Of a stretch of 64,000 bases of DNA, positions 12,523-23,766 are shown piece by piece. The notes beneath the pieces were generated by a model. That model searched no databases. It worked only from the letters and a program-made list of their open reading frames with translations, and was not told the origin of the DNA. Every line of letters begins with the position of its first letter. Within the stretch, counting starts at the first letter, position 1. Source of the stretch: Lytechinus pictus (Eukaryota); the NCBI RefSeq assembly GCF_037042905.1, contig NC_087246.1, positions 20,460,001 to 20,524,000 on the forward strand, read 5' to 3'. Position numbers and translations under genes: made by a program.

Positions 12523-13224
12523 TCTGATAATGAGCTTGATATAAACTTAATAAAAGCTAATTATTGCTTGTTTGGAGTAGATGATGAACTTGTTCGTTGT
12601 TCTATAAGCTATTACAGAATGATGATGTTTATTATTGACACCTGTCCCATCAACATTCGGCTCTGTGAACGCACTTTTCTATTGGTCAATAGCCAATAGC
12701 CAATAGGATTACTAGCTTGCCTTAACCCGCTTTCTATTCAGTGCACGCAATTTCCTATTGGTCAATGAAGACAGCCAATGGGATTACGGGAAGGTTTCAG
12801 TTAGCAGTATAGTAATTGTTTAATCTTTGCCGGCGTACTCAGGCAGATTGAAACCTATTCAAACTACATCCTTTATCGGTCTCTAGATGAATAGGCTTAT
12901 AATCTCCTGTTTAGAACAGTATCAATGTCTTCTTTTCTTCCATTGATTATTTTCGCCTTCTTAATGACACTGTATACTAATGGACGTTTAAATTGTAAAA
13001 GAAAATATGGACGGCTTCGTTTGAAATCTAAAAATTGACATCGATATAACTTATAAGGGACGAAAGGGGGGATAGAGAGATACAAAAAAAAAACTGAAGG
13101 GATGGGTGAAAAAATGATATGGAATATATAGTCAGAGAAAAGGGGAAATACACTGAAATGTAGGCTAGAATTAAAGACGTAGATATAGATGAGTGAATAG
13201 ATAACTTTATAGAACAATGGTAAT

Positions 13225-13276
<52 letters not shown>

Positions 13277-14496
13277 GTAGATATATAGGTAGGTAGATAT
13301 ATAGATAGATAGAATTAAAGACCGAGATATAGATGAGTGAATAGATAAATTTATAGAAGAATGGTAATATAGATAGATAGATAGATATATAGATAGATAG
13401 GTAGGTAGATATATAGATAGATAGAATTAAAGACCGATACATAGATGAGTGAATAGATAATTTATATAAGAATGGTAATATAGATAGATAGATAGATAGA
13501 TAGAATAGTAGATAAAAATAAATCGATTGATGAATAGAAAGATATATAATTTCAAATTACACTATTTAAGCACAAAACGTCACCCCGCCCCCTTTGTTCC
13601 TACTCCTTTTCCCTCTAATTTTTATTCCTTCCTTTGGCCCCATCCTTCTGGTCTTCCCTGAAATTACTTTTTTCTTTTTTTTTAGTTACTTCTTTTTAAA
13701 ATCCCGTTTATCTTTCTCACCCATTTTCTATCACTCCTTTTCTTTCTTTTTTCCATTTCTCCCTCTCCCGTTATACCTTTACTTTCAATATTCTTTCTAA
13801 TTTATTTTCCATTCTCATTTTCTTTTTACATCTTCTTTTATTCTTCTATTATTTGCCTCTTTCCCTTTCTTTCTTATAATTTTCGGTAATAATGTGGCCT
13901 TTCCGACTAAACCCTTTTACAGCATGACATAATTATAGGGAGATATTCATTGATGCATCACACAGAGGTGAGAAGAAAATGAAGGGGAAATTTGACATTG
14001 TAGGTACATCATAAGGACTCGCGTGCTTTCTTCACGAAAACAAGTCAACTTTATCACAAATAGATAGATAGGTAGGTAGATATACGGATAGATAGATAGA
14101 ATAGTAGATAGAAATAAATCGATTGATAAATAGAAAATTATAAAGAAATATAATTTCAAATTACGCTATATAAGCACAAAACGTCATAAGGACTCGCATG
14201 CTAGCTTTACGAAAAACAAATAAACTTTATCAGTCATTAGACTATTTTTAACCTTTCAGCAAAGTTAATTATGTACATTCAAAATATAAAACAATAACAA
14301 GATATATTTTACAGTTAAATTTAAACATTTTATTCGACCAATGCTATTCATGTCAGTAGTGCGGCAAAATATTACATTAGGGACAATTTATGCATTAGTA
14401 ATAACATGGTCAATATTACTGCACTTGGCAAGAATCATAAATGCAATTAAAAGGTTTTTTCTGGTTTGAGAGTTCGTGAGTTCATTCAGTCAGTGC

Positions 14497-15485
14497 CTAG
14501 AAGTAGATGCAGAAGACATACGGATGATAACCCATCGGTGTGTAGAAAGAAGACGGTGTTCGGTGAAGATACTCAGCGCTAGAGGGAGAAGGAGAGCGAC
14601 TGCTACGAGAGAGAAAGTCTACTGACATCAGTGGACTGGTGGCGCCTTTCGTTGAGTCACGTGATGTCGTGCACTGGAGCTGAGTGACGCCATGACATTG
14701 AAGATGTGGGTCCGATGAAACTGTCGTTGACTCTGACGTCGATCGACTGCTTTCAGCGAGAAAGTCGACAGAGAACTTGGATGACACGACGCCCAACTTC
14801 TTTGAAGGTGGTGTCGTCTGGTTGACCTCATCGACGTCGCACGGTGTCTTCCGCTTACGGCTTACGAAAGACAAGTTGACTTCCTTAGATGGTTGAAGGC
14901 GAGTGTTGTTGACCTCTTTCTTAATGACTGGTTGGTGGGCAGAGCATGAAACAAGAGAGACTCGACGGACACGTGCACGACGGTTCTGAAACCAGACCTG
15001 GAGAGGAGAGAAAACAAAATTGAAAGAAAAGATCAGTGAAACAGTTTAAATATTTTCAGAAAATATGATTTTATTGATGAGAACTACTTTCTTTATTCAA
15101 CATTTATCTCAATACTATGGTCCGTTTATGAAATCCATAATTACCTGGCGTTCTATAAAGACTAAATTATCAAGGATCGATGTTTTACCCCCCCCCCCCA
15201 AGGAACAATTTGCTCTCTGATCTCTTAACACTTTGGATTTGCGAAGTTAGTTTTCTTTGTATTATCATTAATGATAATGATATTTACCATATTTCTGTCT
15301 TCTTTAAGCTGCAGATTTGAAGCCAGTTGTTCTCTAGTCGTGATATCAGGATACTGGTTGTCGTTGAACACGGTCTCCAGAAACCTCAGCTGTAAATCTG
15401 TGAAGACGGTCGGACGTCGACGACGAGGGCGTTTGGAAGAAACCCTATTCGATGATGCATGAGCAGTCATGATCAAATCGGTCAT
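14497..15485 (-). CDS. pmar1: Pmar1/Micro1 copy 6 (exon1 15485-15288, exon2 14997-14497; 232 aa)
   Basis: Intact ORF. Exon 1 is like copies 4-5 plus I45N; exon 2 is the divergent type (SFVSRK, DVDE, FLAESS). Confidence 0.9.
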
Positions 15486-17431
15486 TCTGATAATGAGCTT
15501 GATATAAACTTAATAAAAGCTAATTATTGCTTGTTTGGAGTAGATGATGAACTTGTTCGTTGTTCTATAAGCTATTACAGAATGATCATGTTTATTATTG
15601 ACACCTGTCCCATCAACATTCGGCTCTGTGAACGCACTTTTCTATTGGTCAATAGCCAATAGCCAATAGGATTACTAGCTTGCCTTAACCCGCTTTCTAT
15701 TCAGTGCACGCAATTTCCTATTGGTCAATGAAGACAGCCAATGGGATTACGGGAAGGTTTCAGTTAGCAGTATAGTAATTGTTTAATCTTTGCCGGCGTA
15801 CTCAGGCAGATTGAAACCTATTCAAACTACATCCTTTATCGGTCTCTAGATGAATAGGCTTATAATCTCCTGTTTAGAACAGTATCAATGTCTTCTTTTC
15901 TTCCATTGATTATTTTCGCCTTCTTAATGACACTGTATACTAATGGACGTTTAAATTGTAAAAGAAAATATGGACGGCTTCGTTTGAAATCTAAAAATTG
16001 ACATCGATATAACTTATAAGGGACGAAAGGGGGGATAGAGAGATACAATTAAAAAAACTGAAGGGATGGGTGAAAAAATGATATGGAATATATAGTCAGA
16101 GAAAAGGGGAAATACACTGAAATGTAGGCTAGAATTAAAGACGTAGATATAGATGAGTGAATAGATAACTTTGTAGAACAATGGTAATATAGATAGATAG
16201 ATAGATAGATAGATAGGTAGATATATAGGTAGGTAGATATATAGATAGATAGAATTAAAGACCGAGATATAGATGAGTGAATAGATAAATTTATAGAAGA
16301 ATGGTAATATAGATAGATAGATAGATAGATAGATAGGTAGGTAGATATATAGATAGATAGAATTAAAGACCGATACATAGATGAGTGAATAGATAATTTA
16401 TATAAGAATGGTAATATAGATAGATAGATAGATAGAATAGTAGATAACAATAAATCGATTGATGAATAGAAAGATATATAATTTCAAATTACACTATATA
16501 AGCACAAAACGTCACCCCGCCCCCTTTGTTCCTACTCCTTTTCCCTCTAATTTTTATTCCTTCCTTTGGCCCCATCCTTCTGGTCTTCCCTGAAATTACT
16601 TTTTTCTTTTTTTTTAGTTACTTCTTTTTAAAATCCCGTTTATCTTTCTCACCCATTTTCTATCACTCCTTTTCTTTCTTTTTTCCATTTCTCCCTCTCC
16701 CGTTATACCTTTACTTTCAATATTCTTTCTAATTTATTTTCCATTCTCATTTTCTTTTTACATCTTCTTTTATTCTTCTATTATTTGCCTCTTTCCCTTT
16801 CTTTCTTACAATTTTCGGTAATAATGTGGCCTTTCCGACTAAACCCTTTTACAGCATGACATAATTATAGGGAGATATTCATTGATGCATCACACAGAGG
16901 TGAGAAGAAAATGAAGGGGAAATTTGACATTGTAGGTACATCATAAGGACTCGCGTGCTTTCTTCACGAAAACAAGTCAACTTTATCACAAATAGATAGA
17001 TAGGTAGGTAGATATATGGATAGATAGATAGAATAGTAGATAGAAATAAATCGATTGATAAATAGAAAATTATAAAGAAATATAATTTCAAATTACGCTA
17101 TATAAGCACAAAACGTCATAAGGACTCGCATGCTAGCTTTACGAAAAACAAATAAACTTTATCAGTCATTACTAGACTATTTTTAACCTTTCAGCAAAGT
17201 TAATTATGTACATTCAAAATATAAAACAATAACAAGATATATTTTACAGTTAAATTTAAACATTTTATTCGACCAATGCTATTCATGTCAGTAGTGCGGC
17301 AAAATATTACATTAGGGACAATTTATGCATTAGTAATAACATGGTCAATATTACTGCACTTGGCAAGAATCATAACAGCAATTAAAAGGTTTTTTCTGGT
17401 TTGAGAGTTCGTGAGTTCATTCAGTCAGTGC

Positions 17432-18424
17432 CTAGAAGTAGATGCAGAAGACATACGGATGATAACCCATCGGTGTGTAGAAAGAAGACGGTGTTCGGTG
17501 AAGATACTCAGCGCTAGAGGGAGAAGGAGAGCGACTGCTACGAGAGAGAAAGTCTACTGACATCAGTGGACTGGTGGCGCCTTTCGTTGAGTCACGTGAT
17601 GTCGTGCACTGGAGCTGAGTGACGCCATGACATTGAAGATGTGGGTCCGATGAAACTGTCGTTGACTCTGACGTCGATCGACTGCTTTCAGCGAGAAAGT
17701 CGACAGAGAACTTGGATGACACGACGCCCAACTTCTTTGAAGGGGGTGTCGTCTGGTTGACCTCATCGACGTCGCACGGTGTCTTCCGCTTACGGCTTAC
17801 GAAAGACAAGTTGACTTCCTTAGATGGTTGAAGGCGAGTGTTGTTGACCTCTTTCTTAATGACTGGTTGGTGGGCAGAGCATGAAACAAGAGAGGCTCGA
17901 CGGATTCGTGCACGACGGTTCTGAAACCAGACCTGGAGAGGAGAGAAAACAAAATTGAAAGAAAAGATCAGTGAAACAGTTTAAATATTTTCAGAAAATA
18001 TGATTTTATTGATGAGAACTACTTTCTTAATTTATTCAACATTTATTTCAATACTGTGGTCCGTTTATGAAATCCATAATTATCCGGCGTTCTATAAAGA
18101 TTGAATTATCAAGGATCGATATTTTACCCCCCCCCCCCAAGGAACAATTTGCTCTCTGATCTCTAAACACTTTGGATTTGCGTAGTTAGTTTTCTTTGTA
18201 TTATCAGTAATGATAATGATATTTACCATAATTCTGTCTTCTTTAAGCTGCAGACTTGAAGCCAGTTGTTCTCTAGTCGTGATATCAGGATACTGGTTGT
18301 CGTTGAACACGGTCTCCAGAATCCTCAGCTGTAAATCTGTGAAGACGGTCGGACGTCGACGACGAGGGCGTTTGGAAGGAACCCCATTCGATGAAGGATG
18401 AGCAGTCATGATCAAATCGGTCAT
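17432..18424 (-). CDS. pmar1: Pmar1/Micro1 copy 7 (exon1 18424-18227, exon2 17932-17432; 232 aa)
   Basis: Intact ORF, MTDLIMTAHPSSNGVPSK; homeodomain I15, D27, S37, I45, I56; exon 2 like copy 6. Confidence 0.92.
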
Positions 18425-19902
18425 TCTGATAATGAGCTTGATATAAACTTAATAAAAGCTAATTATTGCTTGTTTGGAGTAGATGATGAACTTGTTCGTT
18501 GTTCTATAAGCTATTGCAGAATGATCATGTTTATTATTGACACCTGTCCCATCAACATTCGGCTCTGTGAACGCACTTTTCTATTGGTCAATAGCCAATA
18601 GCCAATAGGATTACTAGCTTGCCTTAACCCGCTTTCTATTCAGTGCACGCAATTTTCTATTGGTCAATGAAGACAGCCAATGGGATTACGGGAAGGTTTC
18701 AGTTAGCAGTATAGTAATTGTTTAATCTTTGCCGGCGTACTCAGGCAGATTGAAACCTATTCAAACTACATCCTTTATCGGTCTCTAGATGAATAGGCTT
18801 ATAATCTCCTGTTTAGAACAGTATCGAAGTCTTCTTTTCTTCCATTGATTGTTTTCGCCTTCTTAATGACACTGTATACTAATGGACGTTTAAATTGTAA
18901 AAGAAAATATGGACGGCTTCGTTTGAAATCTAAAAATTGACATCGATATAACTTATATGGGACGAAAGAGGGGATAGAGAGATACAAGAAAAAAACTGAA
19001 GGGATGGGTGAAAAAATGATATGGAATATATAGTCAGAGAAAAGGGGAAATACACTGAAATGTAGGCTAGAATCAAAGACGTAGATATAGATGAGTGAAT
19101 AGATAAATTTATAGAACAATGGTAATATAGAGAGATAGATAGATAGATAGATATATATATAGGTAGATAGATAGGTAGGTAGATATATAGATAGATAGAA
19201 TTAAAGACCAAGATATAGATGAGTGAATAGATAAATTTATAGAAGAATGGTAATATAGATAGATAGATATATATATAGGTAGATAGATAGGTAGGTAGAT
19301 ATATAGATAGATAGAATTAAAGACCGAGATATAGATGAGTGAATAGATAAATTTATAGAAGAATGGTAATATAGATAGATAGATAGAATAGTAGATAAAA
19401 ATAAATCGATTGATAAATAGAAAATTATAAAGAAATATAATTTCAAATTACGCTATATAAGCACAAAACGTCACCCCCCCCCCCTTTGTTCCTACTCCTT
19501 TTCCCTCTAATTTTTATTCCTTCCTTTGGCTCCATCCTTCTGGTCTTCCCTGAAATTACCTTTTTTTTTGTTTTAGTTACTTCTTTTTTAAATCCCGTTT
19601 ATCTTTCTCACCCATTTTCTATCACTCCTTTTCTTTCTTTTTTCTATTTCTCCCTCTCCCGTTTATACCTTTACATTCATTTCTTTCTCATTTACTTTCC
19701 ATTCTCATTTTCTTTTTACGTCTCCTATATTCTTCTTTTATTTGCCTTTTTCCCTCTCTTTCTTTCAATTTTCGGTAGTTAGGTGGCCTTTCCGACTAAA
19801 ACTTTTCACAGCAAGACATAATTATAGGGAGATATTCATTGATGTATCAAAATGAGGTGAGAAGAAAATTAAGGGAAAATTTGACATTGAGGGTATATCA
19901 TA

Positions 19903-20098
19903 CACTCTTAAAAATGTTGGGCAACATACGGTCCACACAACAATTGGTTAAAACTTTATCCAATTCTGGGTAGTTTTACACCAATACTGTGTAGTTTTCA
20001 CCCAAAGCACACATTATTGGTGTAAAACTACCCAGAATTGGATAAAGTTTTAACCAATTGTTGTGTGGACCGTATGTTGCCCAACATTTTTAAGAGTG
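19903..20098. mobile_element. Near-perfect palindromic MITE, 196 bp, TA target duplication (CACT.. termini; EnSpm/CMC- or Tc1/mariner-type)
   Basis: ~84-bp TIRs starting CACTCTTAAAAATGTTGGGCAACATACGG; TA at 19901-2 and 20099-100. The empty site (tatcataaggac) is seen in the other units. Confidence 0.9.
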
Positions 20099-20411
20099 TA
20101 AGGACTCGCATGCTAGCTTTACGAAAAACAAATAAACTTTATTAGTCATTAGACTATTTTTAACCTTTCAGCAAAGTTAATTATGTACATTCAAAATATA
20201 AAACAATAACAAGATATATTTTACAGTTGAATTTAAACAATTTATTCGACCAATGCATGCTATTCATGTCAGTATTGCGGCAAAATATTACATTAGGGAC
20301 AATTTATGCATTATTAATAACATGGTCAATATTACTGCACTTGGCAAGAATCATAACAGCAATTAAAAGGTTTTTTGGGTTTGAGAGTTCGTGAGTTCAT
20401 TCAGTCAGTGC

Positions 20412-21730
20412 CTAGAAGTTGATGCAGAAGACATATACGGATGATAACCCATTGGTGTGTAGAAAGAAGACGGTGTTCGGTGAAGATACTCAGCGCTAGA
20501 GGGAGAAGGAGAGTGACTGCTACGAGAGAGAGAGTCTACTGACGCCAATGCAGTGGCGTAACAGGCGGGGGGGGGGGCAGGGGGGGGGGTAAGCTGCCCC
20601 CCTGGCGGAGCTCACCGGGAAAATAAAAAAAAAACGGGAAAAAGAAAAAAAGGGAGGAAGAAAGGGAAAGGGAAAGGAAAGAAAAGAAAAAAGGGGAAAG
20701 GGAAAGGAAAAGGGAAAAGAAAACTAAGAAAAAAACATAAAAAAGGGAAAACGGAAAGATAACGGGAAAAGGAAGGAAAAAAGAACAAGTGAGAAAAAAC
20801 AATTCGCCCCGATATAATACAGTAGCATGATTAGTAAGACAGGGAAATAAATTAAAGATGACAAAAAGGCAAACAAAAGCGGGAAATAAAGGCCCCTATA
20901 TGGACCCTTCCTGCATTAAGCTTTACGTTGAAACACTGGCATACCGGGGGGGGGGGAAATAAAAGAAAATAAAGGAGGCAGCGAAATTAGATGAATGAAA
21001 AAAATATATGACATGATATTTGCTATAATGATGTAAAAATCTATCACATAATTAGAATTTCATTTTAACAGGCCTTTTTTTTATTGGCTCGCTTCGCTCG
21101 CTGGCGACTTTTTACAAATTTTCCCACATTTGCTATGGTGTGCCCCTCACAATATGTGGATGATTACGATACACAACTGCATTGAATTTATGTGTTGTGT
21201 TAAAGCTTTATAAATATACACGCAATTTGATTAAAATAAGTGGCCATCTGCAAGGTTTATGGCTTTGATATCAAGAGGTTCCGGGGTTCTACCCTGGACC
21301 CCACCATAAAGCACTGTTATATGGATGAGTTGGACCATGGCCCCCAAAAGTTCTACAACGAAACAAAAAAAAAATGAGGAAAGAAAGGAAAGTGTATTAT
21401 ATTTTTCTGAATATCACGTTAAAATCTATCTTCATGTTAGATTCTCATGAAAAGGTGATTTTTTTTATCTCGCTCGCTTCGCTCCCCCGGACCTATATTA
21501 AGCTACTTCTTGCCAGAAGCGCCATACTCGGCCCCCTCGAGCATATAGAGCTTCGCCCTGATGCTCACAATCATAACAAAAATCCTGTTCACCGTGGCGT
21601 ACAAAAAAGAGAGAAAAAAGGAAAAAGAGGAGGGTGAAATAATTATGATATCATCTTTTTAACATTATGTCAAAATCTATCACAAAATTGGATTTTTGCA
21701 ATAAAAATGTATAAAAATTTTGCTCGCTCG

Positions 21731-21766
<36 letters not shown>

Positions 21767-22118
21767 CCCGATATGCCATATCGCCCCCTCAAAATTTTTG
21801 CCTTATGACGCCATTGCCTGTTCCATGATATGACCGGGACATTTTTGGCTCTTGCCCCCCCTTGGCCACCGACCCCTGTTACGCTGCTGCATCAATGGAC
21901 TGGTGGCGCCTTTCGTTGAGTCACGTGATGTCGTGCAGTGGAGCTGAGTGACGCCATGACATTGAAGATGTGGGTCCAATGAAACTGTCGTTGACTCTGA
22001 CGTCGATCGACTGCTTTCAGCGAGAAAGTCGACAGAGAACTTGGATGACACGACGCCCAACTTCTTTGTAGGTGGTGTCGTCTGGTTGACCTCATCGGCG
22101 TCGCATGGTGTCTTCCGC
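20412..22118 (-). pseudogene. pmar1: pmar1 copy 8, homeobox-less exon-2 remnant disrupted by a hAT-type element
   Basis: Exon-2 sequence at 20412-20550 and 21890-22118. A 2-bp insertion near the stop (acatatacgg vs acatacgg), eh1 F>S, a 1.34-kb insertion in the second eh1 codons, and truncation at ~22118 so that exon 1 and the homeobox are absent. Confidence 0.88.
20551..21889 (+). mobile_element. Non-autonomous hAT-type element, copy A (1339 bp, internally deleted)
   Basis: TIRs CAGTGGCGTAACAGG / CCTGTTACGCTGCTG; degenerate 8-bp TSD cgccaatg / catcaatg; same family as 39616 and 61350. Confidence 0.88.
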
Positions 22119-22455
22119 TCTTTCAATTTTTGGTAATTAGGTGGCCTTTTCGACTAAACTCTTTCACAGCAAGGCATAATTATAGGGAGATATTCATTAA
22201 TGTATCAAAAAGATATGAGAAGAAAATTAAAGGAAAGGGATTTGACATTGTTGGTATATCATAAGGACTCGCATGCTTCCTTCGCGAAAAACAAATAAAC
22301 TCTATTAATCATTAGACTCTTTCGAACCAATCAGCAAAGTTAATTATGTACATTCAAAATATAAAACAACAACAAGATATATTTTACAGTTGAATTTGAA
22401 CATTTTATTCGACCAATGCTATTCACGTCAGTAGTGCGGCAAAATATTACATTAG
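22119..22455 (-). pseudogene. Diverged relic of the 3' flank/3'UTR of a further array unit
   Basis: Aligns by eye to 865-1196 with many substitutions (gtggccttttcgactaa, ttatgtacattcaaaatataaaac, gtagtgcggcaaaatattacattagg). Confidence 0.8.
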
Positions 22456-22793
22456 GCGCCACCAGTCCATTGATGTCAGTAGAGTTTCTCTCTCGTAGCA
22501 GTCGCTCTCCTTCTCCCTCTAGCGCACTGACTGAATGAACTCTCGAACTCTCAAACAGAAAGGAACTTTCCATTGCTGTTAAAATAATATTCTTCTCAAT
22601 TGCACTAATATTGGTCATATAATCATAATGCTCAAACTGTTCTTATAATGTTACAATTTGTAAAACTATTAAAACTAGCAGGAATGGCATTAGTCGAATA
22701 AATCGTTTGAATTCATTTATAAAAATATATCTTTTTTGATGTACATATTAATTATCTTTGCTTTAAGGTTGGAAAGAGGTGGGATTGATAAAA
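22454..22793 (+). pseudogene. pmar1: Inverted pmar1 relic (end of exon 2 with internal deletion, plus diverged 3'UTR)
   Basis: Plus strand reads GATSPLMSVEFLSRSSRSPSPSSA, then jumps to gcactgactgaatgaactc (sequence just after the stop). It continues as a decayed reverse complement of ~1310-1040. Confidence 0.8.
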
Positions 22794-23766
22794 TGTATGC
22801 CCTATTTATTTTTAAGTGAAGAGACGTTCTCACTACAAGTTTCCACTAAACTAGTTTCCACTGAACTAGTTTTAGGAAGGGAGTGAGAACGGTGTCTTAT
22901 ATAGTGCAGTAGAATATATAATTTAGATAATAGTTTCTGCGCTCTGAAATCTATAAATTTAGATCTATACTATTCATTTTATTTAAAATGTTATCACTCT
23001 CTTATCTTGCATCCAATTTTTTAATGAAATTTTCAGTTTTTTTCTGGGGTGCATGGACTTGACCTTTAAAATTAAATAACTTCGTTATTTGTTATCCGAT
23101 TTTGATGATATTTTCAGAATTTTGCCCTGTGAATTTTACATTATTTATTGAGATATGAATACTTCCAGCCTGGACCATCCCTTTAAATCCCGAGCTGGGT
23201 TTTTCATTTGCGTTTCACACGGGATTTCAAAATCCCGAGGGGGTTTAAAATTCTTGGGTGAATTCGGGCCATAATGTTTATACACAAAGGAGTCGCTCGA
23301 TCGCTCACTTACTTTTTGGTGTTGGTGTTGGTGTTGAAACTTTGGATTGCTTAATTCCCCCCCCCCCTCCCTTAGCTCCAAAATCTATTCTGAGTTTGTA
23401 AAACTGATCCAGATCACATTATTGACATCTCAACAACTAGTGAGTGACTTCTCGGCACCATCTTCATTTTATGTTTGGTGTTATAATCGTGTAAACATTG
23501 ACCTAACAGGTTAACACCAACATCAAACGGTCAACACTGAACTCGAAGTCACCCATTGGCATTAATCCCGGGAGTATACCCCTCACCATTATTTTGATTC
23601 ACATAACGCCAGCTACGGTAGCTTTTTTTAAACTATACGGTATGGTACGTAGGACGTAGAACTTAGATCATCATTAATAATACTTAGTGGAGAAAATCGA
23701 CGCGGAACTCCGGAATTTTATTGAAATTTAATTTTTACCTTGTTCAAGTAGAGTCGATAAATCAAG

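Larger units (their letters stand above)
1..22793 (-). repeat. Tandem gene array (macrosatellite-like) of pmar1/micro1 units, ~1.9-3.0 kb period
   Basis: Stop codons of successive copies at 1312, 3198, 5976, 8738, 11535, 14497, 17432, 20412 (spacings 1886, 2778, 2762, 2797, 2962, 2935, 2980). Units are nearly identical, including intron and flanks. Position 1 matches the upstream flank seen at 2662, so the array continues left of the window. Confidence 0.97.

Noticed and set aside
20536-21637. ORFs inside the hAT-type copies (also 39517-41191, 61332-63241) as possible transposase
   Set aside because: Short, low-complexity, frameshifted between copies, no DDE or BED motifs; the elements are non-autonomous.
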